DNA from: a virus
Lineage: Duplodnaviria > Caudoviricetes
IMG/VR virus record: IMGVR_UViG_3300042366_000335
Span: 1 to 35,969 of that record
Length of the DNA: 35,969 nt
Reading direction: 5' to 3' (one strand)
The notes beneath the pieces were generated by a model that saw only the letters and a program-made list of their open reading frames with translations, ran no database searches and had not been told where the DNA came from. A program made the position numbers and the translations under genes. Below are positions 17,610-26,612 of this stretch, one piece after another. Every line of letters starts with the position of its first letter. Position 1 is the stretch's first letter.

Positions 17610-18310
17610 ACGTACACCTGCATAACGGTCAATATGATGGATGGAATCGCCGGCACGGGGGCAGCCGCCGCAAACGTCTGAAGCTGCACGTCAAGGCTGT
17701 CCACCGAAAAATATAACTGAAAATAGTCGCCGTTGGATAGCGGCAAGAAAAAGTTTGCAGCCGAGAAGATTTCGGCGTCGTTGCCCTGAATCTGAATCAA
17801 CGACCCAGAATTGGCGACCGCCGTGCCGTTGATGGCGGGCCAAATGTAAAACCTGCCGCTACCGCCTGAAGTCTTGTCCACCTGAATAGAGAACTGCACG
17901 TTGTAGACGGCAGGCCGCGCAACTTTGATTTTGCTGCTATCCGCCGGATCACGGTAGACGCCATACGCCGTGTCGGCGTTGTTGTAAGTAATGGCTTTAG
18001 CCGTATTGATAACGGTCGCCGCTTGAGTCTGGGTTGAAAAAAACGACCCAAAATTTACTACGTTGGGTTCGGGATAGCGGGGCATCAGTTTAAGCGCCTG
18101 TATCTCCGACTCCAGCACCGGCACGGTGTCTTCTACCGTAGCCGCCAATGCCGGGGTCAACTCAAGGTCAGCCGTCGTAATCTGCGTCGTGCCTGCGCCT
18201 GTCAGCGTGAACTGGTTGTTTAGAAACCTAAACCATTCGCGCGAAATGAGGCCCGTCCGCTCGTCAATGAACGGTACGCGAGGCGCCGGAATGTTAGTGA
18301 TATTAGGCAC
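17606..18310 (-). CDS. tail protein with a C-terminal beta-sandwich (tail needle/knob position)
   Basis: PAPRVPF..TGLISREWFRFL N-terminus directly after the gp10-like gene; VYNVQFSIQ C1q/BclA-like C-terminal domain. Confidence 0.6.
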   Translation of the reverse strand: MPNITNIPAPRVPFIDERTGLISREWFRFLNNQFTLTGAGTTQITTADLELTPALAATVEDTVPVLESEIQALKLMPRYPEPNVVNFGSFFSTQTQAATVINTAKAITYNNADTAYGVYRDPADSSKIKVARPAVYNVQFSIQVDKTSGGSGRFYIWPAINGTAVANSGSLIQIQGNDAEIFSAANFFLPLSNGDYFQLYFSVDSLDVQLQTFAAAAPVPAIPSIILTVMQVYV

Positions 18311-19820
18311 TGGTTCCGGCTATCCTGAGTTCAGCGCCCATGATTGCCGTCACCATAGGGTCGGCGGCAGATACTTCGTACACGCGATCGCGCGACTTGA
18401 GGGTTGCGCCAAGCCGACGCCAGATAACACGGGTCTGCGTTGCGCCAATCGGCCCAAGCGACTCCCACCGCTCGTAGCTCCAAGTGTGCCCGCCATCGTC
18501 CGACCAGCGCAGCATGACCTGCGGATTAACGACGCTGTTCTCCGGCTCGCCCTCGACAACGATGTTGCCAAGGTCTTGCTGCAAGATGTACCCAGGCGCT
18601 TGTTGCTCAAGGAAGCCGGGGTCGTCGTATAGCCCGCCCACGCCCGTCTGGCAGTCAAGCTGCAACTGGTGGTGGATGGTACGGGTTAGGTTGTTCTGGC
18701 CGGTCGGCAGCGCGCGCCATGTCCGCAGCCATTTCTGCAACTGCGTGTCATCGCGGAAATACCGCAGGTCAAACTCGTAGAGACGGCCATCTTGGAAATC
18801 CCCCAAAATCGGCTTGCCCTTAAAACGGGCATGACAGTTTGATCGATGGCGACGGAATTGACCTTTCTCAAACGCTGCGCGTTCATGCCAAGCGCCGGTC
18901 GCGGCGTCATACACCCAAGTGGTGTTGGCCGTCGGGAAAATCAGCACGTAGAACGCGTGGCCGTCTTGCTGATACGTATACGCGATGGCGTCAGACAAAT
19001 CAGTGTAGTTTTGGATGGCGAACTCGACCGCATGGGTCGAAACGCGCACGCCTTGATAGCCTTGTGCGCGGTATACAACACCCTGTCCACGGGCGTCTGA
19101 CCCCAACCAAAACACACTGTTATCCAGTTTTGCAACCGAATACGGCGCAAGGCACCCGATTTCGTTGTATGCGCCTTGGATGCGCGTCAACGGGAAGTCG
19201 GGGTCGCCCGAGTTGTACCAGACCTCAATGGAGTTGGTGCCAAACAGCCACGCTTCGCGGTGGTCTATGATGATGGATACCAAGCCGTCCGGCGAACCTT
19301 CGGCTGACGCGAAGTCAAGCGGATCAACCGACAGGCCATCAAGCAGCGCCGTCACCCATATACGCTGGCTGTTCGGCTCGTTAAATACGAAATACCCGTC
19401 CAAGTAGCCGACCGTGACTGCGCCGGGGAAGTCAGGGTCGGTAATCTCTTGGAACACGTTGGTGTTGTTGTTGTAGATGTATCCGTTCGGGTTACAGGCT
19501 ACAAATATCTGGACGCCGTTGTCCGCCATAGACACGGCGTCGTTACCCGCGATGTCGCCCAGCTTAGTAACGTTAAGGTTCTCGTCAACCTTGTAAAACT
19601 CTTGACCCGATGCGACAAACAGCGAGCCGCTAAGCGGGTACAGCCCACGAATAGGGCCGCTGCCGACTTGCATAAACCGCCGCATACCAGGGCAACGCTG
19701 AAGGTACGCAGGCTCCTTGCCGGCCTCGGGGATGACCTCGGGGTAGAGGTTCACCATCCGAGCATCGGCGGCGTTTACGCTGCGCGCAACGTAAGACGAG
19801 CCCAGGATCGGCGTCTTCAT
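18303..19820 (-). CDS. P22 gp10-like DNA stabilization/tail hub (nozzle) protein
   Basis: VNLYP, MADNG, YLDGYFVF, FASAEGSPD, TWVYDAATGAWHER and LRWSDDGGHTW motifs. Confidence 0.9.
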   Translation of the reverse strand: MKTPILGSSYVARSVNAADARMVNLYPEVIPEAGKEPAYLQRCPGMRRFMQVGSGPIRGLYPLSGSLFVASGQEFYKVDENLNVTKLGDIAGNDAVSMADNGVQIFVACNPNGYIYNNNTNVFQEITDPDFPGAVTVGYLDGYFVFNEPNSQRIWVTALLDGLSVDPLDFASAEGSPDGLVSIIIDHREAWLFGTNSIEVWYNSGDPDFPLTRIQGAYNEIGCLAPYSVAKLDNSVFWLGSDARGQGVVYRAQGYQGVRVSTHAVEFAIQNYTDLSDAIAYTYQQDGHAFYVLIFPTANTTWVYDAATGAWHERAAFEKGQFRRHRSNCHARFKGKPILGDFQDGRLYEFDLRYFRDDTQLQKWLRTWRALPTGQNNLTRTIHHQLQLDCQTGVGGLYDDPGFLEQQAPGYILQQDLGNIVVEGEPENSVVNPQVMLRWSDDGGHTWSYERWESLGPIGATQTRVIWRRLGATLKSRDRVYEVSAADPMVTAIMGAELRIAGTSA

Positions 19821-20611
19821 TAAAAGTTACCGGCGTAGATGTTGTACCGATTGCGACGGGCGATGATGCTGTACGGCATCGCCATAACGTTGTTGGGGTT
19901 GTTGATGCGCTTGAGGTTACGCTTGCTGTACATCGCAACGCGGCGCACGTCCGGCGCCGGCTCAACGCCAAACTCCGGCGCCAGTTCCAGCGCCAAGTTA
20001 TACCGGAACGCCCGCAAGTAGCCCGGCGGCATGAGGATTTCCGTACTGAGCGACGCGGGGTCCAACAGCCGCTGCACCGAAATAAAGTGGAACTCCAGCA
20101 CCCGATTTGGCACCGGATAGACCGACATGGAGATGTTTGGAAACGTATTGTTGACGAACATCACCTGCGGATAGGTGCTCTGCACGGTCTTGACTGCAAT
20201 GTTGTTGTACTGCAGCTGGTTGATGAACTTGATGCCGTACGACACGTTCGTAGACGGGTCGCGGAAAAAAGTCGAGTCATCAAGCAAAATCGGACGCTGC
20301 GCCACATTGTTCCCGTCTTCGACGGAAATGTAGTCATCGTCTTGCGTGGTAATCGGCACTTCGCTTTGAGTGCCAAGCAAATAAAGAAAATCGCCCGACG
20401 GGCCAAGCGTCTGAATACGCTCGCCGGCAGGCCACATGTAAGTCTGGTCTTGGGTGCAGAACACGGCGAGGCGCTCGGTGTTCCAGCTATCCACCATCTG
20501 ATCGAACGCCGAAAGTGCGTCCTGTGCCATCGAAGCCGACGGCGTTTCGCCCTCAGCCAAGATGCCCAGCAGACGCAGCGCCCCGTTGATTTGATCGCCC
20601 GCTGTCGCCAT
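19820..20611 (-). CDS. P22 gp4-like head-tail adaptor
   Basis: TAGDQINGALRLLGILAEGETP start and PPGYLRAFRYNLALELAPEFG near the end; TAATG-coupled to the gp10-like gene. Confidence 0.8.
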   Translation of the reverse strand: MATAGDQINGALRLLGILAEGETPSASMAQDALSAFDQMVDSWNTERLAVFCTQDQTYMWPAGERIQTLGPSGDFLYLLGTQSEVPITTQDDDYISVEDGNNVAQRPILLDDSTFFRDPSTNVSYGIKFINQLQYNNIAVKTVQSTYPQVMFVNNTFPNISMSVYPVPNRVLEFHFISVQRLLDPASLSTEILMPPGYLRAFRYNLALELAPEFGVEPAPDVRRVAMYSKRNLKRINNPNNVMAMPYSIIARRNRYNIYAGNF

Positions 20612-20614
20612 GAC

Positions 20615-20812
20615 CTACTCCTTCCGCTTTCGACGCGCCTTTAGCTCGTTAACGACCGGCATAGGTTCCGGCGACGCAGCAGGGTCTTCCTCCTGCGCCG
20701 CCGGTTCCATTGGGTCATATTCTTCCCACCCGTGCTCGTAGTCCATAGCCGCTTCCAAATCGGAAATGGCTATCTTTAGCCCATGCACGGGATGGCGAAG
20801 ATATATGTTCAT
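20615..20812 (-). CDS. hypothetical protein (65 aa)
   Basis: YLRHPVHGLKIA...GW, acidic middle and basic tail; in the head-completion cluster. Confidence 0.7.
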   Translation of the reverse strand: MNIYLRHPVHGLKIAISDLEAAMDYEHGWEEYDPMEPAAQEEDPAASPEPMPVVNELKARRKRKE

Positions 20813-20814
20813 AG

Positions 20815-21135
20815 TTACGGCAGAAGCCCGTAAGCCTGAAACCGCGACTCCAACTGAGCAACGCGAGTCTGGAGGTTTGCAACCACAGCCAACACCGTGT
20901 TGCCTTCGTTCTTAGTAACAAAGCCAAACGGGGTCGTCTGAGTCAAATCCTGAATCGCAAAGTCGGCCGGAGACGGGGGCGTGGACGTAATCGTCGTAAG
21001 CTGGGCCGTAAGAGCCGCACCTTCGGAAACCGGCGTCGTGCCGAAAAATCCGACCGTACCGCCTGCCGACCCAATTACCGCGCCGTCCAGCTCGGGGTCC
21101 GAAAACGCAACGCCAACCGCCTTAGTATTAGGCAT
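20815..21135 (-). CDS. putative head fibre/decoration protein
   Basis: TVGFFGTTPV motif, C-terminal coiled coil ending AYGLL; AGGAG SD. Confidence 0.6.
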   Translation of the reverse strand: MPNTKAVGVAFSDPELDGAVIGSAGGTVGFFGTTPVSEGAALTAQLTTITSTPPSPADFAIQDLTQTTPFGFVTKNEGNTVLAVVANLQTRVAQLESRFQAYGLLP

Positions 21136-21157
21136 ACAAAATACTCCTGTGAGCAGT

Positions 21158-21185
21158 GCCCCCTACGGTATCACCCGTAGGGGGC
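21158..21185. terminator. 11-bp intergenic hairpin after the capsid/decoration genes (attenuator or mRNA stabiliser)
   Basis: GCCCCCTACGG-TATCAC-CCGTAGGGGGC; no strong U-tract on either strand. Confidence 0.5.
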
Positions 21186-21193
21186 GTTTGCCA

Positions 21194-21595
21194 TTACGAA
21201 ATGCGGTAGACAGTCCAGGCATTGTCGCCGGTCTTGCGGCAACGGAAGTGGCCCGACGTACCCGCCGAAACCGCGCCCGCGCCCACAAGCGTCCAGCCCG
21301 TGCCAACCGCCACCGTAATCGCATCCGAACCGGCCGCGTCGATGTTGATGACAAAGAAGTCGAACGCCGCGTCCACCTTCTCAGCGGACGAGTAGGCCGC
21401 CTCCCAAAGAGCAACGGTCGGAAGGACAAGGTTGCCCGCCGTGCCGTTGAAGGTGAAAAGACCGTTCGCCAGCTCAGCCGGCGTCGCAGTCGCACCCGCC
21501 GTGAGCGCCGTGGGGGCGCCCTGCGGGAAGATCAGCGGTTCGCCGACATTACCAGCACCAACCTGGTAGCCACTAGTACCGTTAGGAATTGCCAT
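21194..21595 (-). CDS. putative capsid decoration (cement) protein
   Basis: 133 aa, Ala/Gly/Thr beta-rich, immediately after the coat gene, GGAG SD. Confidence 0.6.
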   Translation of the reverse strand: MAIPNGTSGYQVGAGNVGEPLIFPQGAPTALTAGATATPAELANGLFTFNGTAGNLVLPTVALWEAAYSSAEKVDAAFDFFVINIDAAGSDAITVAVGTGWTLVGAGAVSAGTSGHFRCRKTGDNAWTVYRIS

Positions 21596-21625
21596 TTTTA
21601 GTTACTCCGTGAATAAGGTTAAGAA

Positions 21626-22837
21626 TTAGCCCCAGATGCGGCAGGCCATCTGCGGACGGATCACCGAGTAGCCATACAGCACGTCGATACGGCAGGGCAT
21701 ACGGTCGTTGTTGATGTCGTACTGACGGACAACGCGCATGGAGATGCCGTTGTGGACCTGACGCGACGCCATGTCAACGCCCTGCGGGAGCAGGAGGTCG
21801 GCGGTGGCAAACGTAATCGCGTCCTTGTGGTACACCAAGTTCTGAGCGTACTGGCCGCTAGCGGCACCCACGTAGGTCACGACATCGCTAGCGGCCGGCA
21901 GCTTGCTGACCGTGGCGAGGGCGTGCGTCGGGCCGTAGACCGCCGGCAGGAACTCCACGTCCACGAACTCGGTAGCAGCCGAGGTGACGGTGTTCTGCAC
22001 AACGAACTGCTGCAGCGAACCGGTGGACTCGCGGGTCTGCGGGTTGACCGCAAACACGCCAGCGATGGTGAACACGTCGCCGGGGACGAGGGTGAGGCCG
22101 TCGGTCACGTTGTCGAGCGTCAGCTTGGTCGCACCGTTGACGAGCGTGGTCTTCACAATCGGGGTGTCCGAACGCGAGGCCGAGCCGTTGGTGTGCTGCT
22201 TGATCGACTGCGACATGTTGATTTCGTCGTAGCCGAGGACGCCTTCACCCATCATGCCGTTCTTGAACTGGCGGCTGATGGAGTCCACCGGGTTGAACAA
22301 GCCCTTCATGCCTTCGACGAGGCCAGCGTTGGCGGCCGGGTTGACGGTCGCGTAGCGCGGAGCCATGCCGGCGGCGGCTTCGTTCAGCTTCTGCTGGGCC
22401 TGCAAAAGAACCAGCGAGGTGCCGGGGGTGACGCCAGGCGTACCGACCGACTGATAGACCTTCTTGAAGCTGTTGGCCACATCGGCGTCGATGCTGGAAG
22501 CGAGCTGGCTGATACGCGGCTTAAGCACGCGCTCGGCGAAGTCGTCCAACTGGAGGGCCATTTCGGCGCTGGTGAAGTTGACGCCAATGTGCTTCTGCGA
22601 GGCGACGGTGAGCGTGGTGAACTGCTCGTTGTCGTCCTGCACCTGAAGCGCGGCGCCGTCGGTCACAAGGGCGCGATCCGGCAGACGGATGCGGAGGGTC
22701 GAACCGATCTTGGCACCTTCGACAGCGAAGCTGTCGTCGTACTGACGGTTCACGTTGCGGGTGATCACCAGGTTGTTCTCAAGGATTTCGAGAGCCTTCC
22801 GGGTGATCATGTCAATAGTAAGCAGCGTATTAGACAC
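21626..22837 (-). CDS. major capsid protein, P22 gp5 family
   Basis: NTLLTIDMITRKAL.ILEN, KIGSTLRIRLP, NLVYHKDAI and CRIDVLYG motifs; GTG start after GGAG; strongly biased codons. Confidence 0.93.
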   Translation of the reverse strand: MSNTLLTIDMITRKALEILENNLVITRNVNRQYDDSFAVEGAKIGSTLRIRLPDRALVTDGAALQVQDDNEQFTTLTVASQKHIGVNFTSAEMALQLDDFAERVLKPRISQLASSIDADVANSFKKVYQSVGTPGVTPGTSLVLLQAQQKLNEAAAGMAPRYATVNPAANAGLVEGMKGLFNPVDSISRQFKNGMMGEGVLGYDEINMSQSIKQHTNGSASRSDTPIVKTTLVNGATKLTLDNVTDGLTLVPGDVFTIAGVFAVNPQTRESTGSLQQFVVQNTVTSAATEFVDVEFLPAVYGPTHALATVSKLPAASDVVTYVGAASGQYAQNLVYHKDAITFATADLLLPQGVDMASRQVHNGISMRVVRQYDINNDRMPCRIDVLYGYSVIRPQMACRIWG

Positions 22838-22858
22838 AGTAAATCTCCAAAAAAGAAG

Positions 22859-23635
22859 TTAGCGGTTACGTCGGGCTTCCCACTGTTTAATCTGTCGCAG
22901 ACGCTCGGCTTCAATCCACTCTGACGTGCTCATGTCCTTGACGGAGCGGGGGTCAGTCGTGTCTCGGGCCGGTGCGCCGACGGTTTTAGCCGTCACAGGC
23001 TTAATCGGCGGGGGCGCATTAGTTGTCTTTTTGACCGGCGGATTGTCGGTCAACTTGACCTCAATCTTACCAATCTCCTTGGCTTGCAGGTATGGCGACA
23101 AACGGGAAATACGTTCAGCCTCGCGGGGGTTGGAGCCCAAGTAGTACGCTACGTCGGGGCCAACATCCGAAGCCTGAATCGTCTCGGCCATCACGTTCGT
23201 GATTGGCAACGCCCTGTTGTACACGACTTGCTCAAAGTCGTCGTACTTGTCAAAGGCCGCTTCCTCACGTTCCTTATAGGCCGTCAACAGCTCGCGCTGC
23301 TGCCGATCCGCCTCACGCTGGGCCAGCAATTCCTCCGCCTTACGGGCCGCAAGGGCTTCCGTATAAGCGTCGGGGTCGATGTCCCGGTCAGGCAGCGCGG
23401 CAGGCGTCTGGGCCATCGGCTCAGGCACTTTCAACGCTTGCTCTCGTTCCCACTTGCGACGTTCCCGTGCAAGTCGTTTACCTACCAGCGCGTCGAGCTC
23501 CTCTTGGGAGAACGTCTTGGCAGGCTTTTCCTCCGGCGGGGTTGCCTCTTGAGCAACAACTTCGGGTTCCGGTGCTGCCGTAGCTTCCGGTTCCGGCGCG
23601 GGTACTTGTTCCGCTACAACTTCGTTTTCAGACAT
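22859..23635 (-). CDS. scaffolding protein
   Basis: Acidic Pro/Glu N-terminus, FSQEELD..VGKRLARERRK coiled coil, GPDVAYYLGSNP and MSTSEWI; directly upstream of the coat gene; start 23635 after AAGGA. Confidence 0.85.
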   Translation of the reverse strand: MSENEVVAEQVPAPEPEATAAPEPEVVAQEATPPEEKPAKTFSQEELDALVGKRLARERRKWEREQALKVPEPMAQTPAALPDRDIDPDAYTEALAARKAEELLAQREADRQQRELLTAYKEREEAAFDKYDDFEQVVYNRALPITNVMAETIQASDVGPDVAYYLGSNPREAERISRLSPYLQAKEIGKIEVKLTDNPPVKKTTNAPPPIKPVTAKTVGAPARDTTDPRSVKDMSTSEWIEAERLRQIKQWEARRNR

Positions 23636-23654
23636 TTTGATTCCTTCAGAATCC

Positions 23655-23708
23655 CTGGTGAACCGCACCAGTACGGATAAATCGTACGCTGTTGCGTAAA
23701 AGAGTCAA
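23655..23708 (-). promoter_or_regulatory. internal promoter and 5'-leader hairpin for scaffold/coat
   Basis: TTGACT (23708-23703), 16 nt spacer, TACGAT (23686-23681); leader hairpin CTGGTG-CGGTT-CACCAG. Confidence 0.55.
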
Positions 23709-23714
23709 TACTTA

Positions 23715-24488
23715 TTACGGCCCAGCATCGCGCCATACGCCGGTGCTGTAGAAGTAAAGTTTGTTGTTTGTGGTGTCGACGACGATGGGTGCCATGCCCG
23801 TGATAGCGGTCGGCGTACCCGTAGGCGTACCCGCGCAGGTCGGGACATACAAGAAGCCGTTGGTCGCGGTCGTAGCAAGGGCGGCAGATGCGCCTGCGAC
23901 GACATTTCCGGCAACCGTGATGCGGAAGGCTTCGGTGCCATCGGAGAAACTGCTCGCCTGACGCCGATAAACAAACGCATCATCACCCGGCGGGAATCCG
24001 ATGATGCCGGAATTGCGGACGCCGGAAACGGCAAAAGCAACCAACGGCGATTTGGTGTCATTCGGCGCGACGATTTCCACCCTCGAATCATCCGCAGCTC
24101 CAGCTAGAGTGCGGGATCGCTGTGCAGATGCGGTGCCGGCGACATCCAAGGGAAAGCCCGGGGTGGTGGTGTTGATACCGACCCGGTTGTTGGCTGCGTC
24201 GATGGCAAGTACATTGGTGTCGAACGTGTTGTTGCCTGCGAAGTTTTGCGCTGCGTCGGTGCGGGCCGCTGTGAAGTTAGCGTCAGGGGTAGTCATAACG
24301 CGGGTCGTGCCAGCGCCGGGGCCTGCGACCTGCAGGATGCCGGTCGTCGCATTCGATCGCACGTTCTTGACCGTCAGGTCATCAGATGCGACCTTAACGG
24401 TGCTGCCGCTTTGAACAATAGGTAGTACCTCAGTACCCGCAAGCGGGGTAGAGGCGGCGGTAAGTTGGGAAATCTTTTTGTCAGCCAT
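23715..24488 (-). CDS. fibre protein with a KISQL N-terminal module
   Basis: MADKKISQL.., NNRVGINTTTP...LDVAG fibre repeat and DTTNNKLYFY...W C-terminus. Confidence 0.75.
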   Translation of the reverse strand: MADKKISQLTAASTPLAGTEVLPIVQSGSTVKVASDDLTVKNVRSNATTGILQVAGPGAGTTRVMTTPDANFTAARTDAAQNFAGNNTFDTNVLAIDAANNRVGINTTTPGFPLDVAGTASAQRSRTLAGAADDSRVEIVAPNDTKSPLVAFAVSGVRNSGIIGFPPGDDAFVYRRQASSFSDGTEAFRITVAGNVVAGASAALATTATNGFLYVPTCAGTPTGTPTAITGMAPIVVDTTNNKLYFYSTGVWRDAGP

Positions 24489-24506
24489 GATAACCTCTTA
24501 GGGTAC

Positions 24507-26447
24507 TCAACCTAAAAATGAAAGCGTAAAAGTACGACTGCTGCCAAGTCTATTTTTAATGCGAAGTTTATTATCCACAAACCAAACGTTAATTTTTCCG
24601 TCAATATCGGGATTTGATCCAGTCGTAGACGCTTCAAAATCATTAGGCGTTCTTGCAGCAATCACATAAACGTCATCATCGCCGCAAGCCAAAATAGCTT
24701 GAGAAGCTGAGTCATAATTAACGCTAATAGCAACTAACAGTCGGTTTGCAGTTACGCCGCGACGATCAAATGCGTGCGTTCCGTCATCAGCGATTGCAAC
24801 AGATTGCACCGACAGCGCGCCATGATTTTCGGCACCAGTAAGCGCGCCGTCCACCAGCATTGGAGTTTGACGCGTCGATTGTGTAGAGCCAACGTAATTA
24901 AGTTCAAATCCGCGAATGTTGAATCCGTTAACAATACCACCCCACCCCGCGTCGGCGTACGTTCCTGCTGCACGGAAAAACGGTTTGGCGTTAGCCGGGG
25001 TTTTTACGCCGTCAAGGTTAATGATGTTTGTAGCATTAAGAATGCGGCCAGCGTTGGTATTTGCGACAAGCATCGCAGCTTGAGTAATTTTTGCGACCGA
25101 AATGTTGTTAAGCGACAAAAAGCCGACGTTTGACGGGGGAAAATCGCTAGAAACGATGCCAAGTACGCCATTACGATTAACTATTACGTTTGACAATGAA
25201 ACCAAAGGCCGGTCAATCGTGTCGTTATAGCCAAGCGTGGCGGACATTATTAAATTTATGTCGGCATTTGCAATGCCAGATTTAATTTCGTTATAAACCG
25301 TCAATCCATCGACTATTGCACCTGTTGATTTTTCGTCGTAATAAGCGCCTTGATAGACCGACGTTAGGGTAACGCTACCGTTGAGCGGAGATGTTGCAAC
25401 ACCGCCACTTAAATAGTCGTAATACATAAACGTGATGTCGTTGATAGTTCCAACGCCATACTGCAAGTCAATTTCTACGCTACCACCAGAAAGGCAATAC
25501 CCATCATTACGAATAATTTTTTCATCGTTGATGTTAGCAATGCCTTGAACCTTGATGGCTCGACCACGGCAGTTGGTGTACGTATTTCCGCTAGAAATAA
25601 ACAGCGATGGCGGAAACACTTTGTGTGATCCGTCTGCGCTAGGAAAGTTTGACGGGTTGGGAGAAGCAAAAACGATTCCGTCATAGTCAAAGTTCGCAGC
25701 AGACCCCGCAGCATCGCCGCCAGAAATGTTACTGATTGAATTTCCGGTATGGATACATTGATAAATCCATCGAAGTTCGCCCCCACCAAGATTGACAACG
25801 GACGCGCCAATTCCGGTGGTGCCGGAAATGCTGACTATTCCAGTACCTGCGGCGCGGGTAATGTTTTCTATTCGGTTTTCCGCTATGTAAACGGTATTGA
25901 AAGACCCCGCAACCAACAAGCCAAAATTGCGGTCGGTGACGGCAAGCATTCTGAAGTTTTTGAATACGCAACCTTTGACTGTTGCGTTTGGCAGATTGCT
26001 TGTCATTGGCGTAGTGTTTCTTACATACACGCCGCCAGCCGCCAAGTTTGATCCAATAAAGGTCAAGCCAGAAAGGATAAAATTGTAGCCGCCACAAACA
26101 AACGTCCAGATGTTGTTGGCAAGTGCGTCACCAGAGTAAGTAATAACGCCCTCACCATAAATCTCAAGATCGTTAATGAGGCTAATAGTGTAGGTATCGG
26201 TAACAATGTAGTTACCTTTTGGAAAATAAATTGACTTTGCGCCCGAAGCAACAGCCGCTTGCAGCGCCGCTGTGCAATCCGTTACGCCGGTTGAATCGGC
26301 TCCAAAATCTAAAATGCTGACAAATTGGCGAATCTGGTCAATGGTTGCTTTTACCGTGATGTTGTTTCCATCAACGATAGGCAACACGCTGGCCCCAGAA
26401 ATAGGCTCAACAGCGGCAGGCAGTTCAGAAATTTTAATGATTGCCAT
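24507..26447 (-). CDS. tailspike/depolymerase-like beta-helix protein with a KISEL N-terminal module
   Basis: VSILDFGADSTGVTDCTAALQAA...IYFPKGNY pectate-lyase-3-like entry motif; Asn/Ile/Gly-rich beta-helix; visibly AT-richer DNA. Confidence 0.8.
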   Translation of the reverse strand: MAIIKISELPAAVEPISGASVLPIVDGNNITVKATIDQIRQFVSILDFGADSTGVTDCTAALQAAVASGAKSIYFPKGNYIVTDTYTISLINDLEIYGEGVITYSGDALANNIWTFVCGGYNFILSGLTFIGSNLAAGGVYVRNTTPMTSNLPNATVKGCVFKNFRMLAVTDRNFGLLVAGSFNTVYIAENRIENITRAAGTGIVSISGTTGIGASVVNLGGGELRWIYQCIHTGNSISNISGGDAAGSAANFDYDGIVFASPNPSNFPSADGSHKVFPPSLFISSGNTYTNCRGRAIKVQGIANINDEKIIRNDGYCLSGGSVEIDLQYGVGTINDITFMYYDYLSGGVATSPLNGSVTLTSVYQGAYYDEKSTGAIVDGLTVYNEIKSGIANADINLIMSATLGYNDTIDRPLVSLSNVIVNRNGVLGIVSSDFPPSNVGFLSLNNISVAKITQAAMLVANTNAGRILNATNIINLDGVKTPANAKPFFRAAGTYADAGWGGIVNGFNIRGFELNYVGSTQSTRQTPMLVDGALTGAENHGALSVQSVAIADDGTHAFDRRGVTANRLLVAISVNYDSASQAILACGDDDVYVIAARTPNDFEASTTGSNPDIDGKINVWFVDNKLRIKNRLGSSRTFTLSFLG

Positions 26448-26450
26448 TCA

Positions 26451-26612
26451 TCACTCCAGCAGCAGCAAGCCGCCGTTCTCTTGCACCAAGTTTTCGCCGG
26501 TTTCGGTTTCCAGATTGCCAAATATCACGTCGCTTGCGTAGCCCGTCAAAAACGAAGCAATGCCGCCAAGCCCTAGCCCGACCGCATTTCGCAAACCAAC
26601 TCCGAAGCTCAT
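26451..26612 (-). CDS. 53-aa putative spike adaptor peptide (not in the ORF track)
   Basis: MSFGVGLRNAVGLGLGGIASFLTGYASDVIFGNLETETGENLVQENGGLLLLE*; ATGA overlap with the upstream gene; fills the gap between neighbours. Confidence 0.75.
   Translation of the reverse strand: MSFGVGLRNAVGLGLGGIASFLTGYASDVIFGNLETETGENLVQENGGLLLLE

Noticed and set aside
21596-21640. Programmed frameshift or readthrough extending the coat protein
   Set aside because: No slippery heptamer before the TAA stop, and the next gene has its own SD
21752-22924. 390-aa + strand ORF antisense to the coat gene, and similar long antisense ORFs (1462-2346, 3831-4634, 13670-14713, 27541-28263)
   Set aside because: Expected shadow frames of GC-rich, codon-biased genes; no recognisable motifs
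23715-26447. Diversity-generating retroelement acting on the fibres (as in BPP-1)
   Set aside because: No reverse transcriptase ORF, and no TR/VR repeat pair noticed in the window
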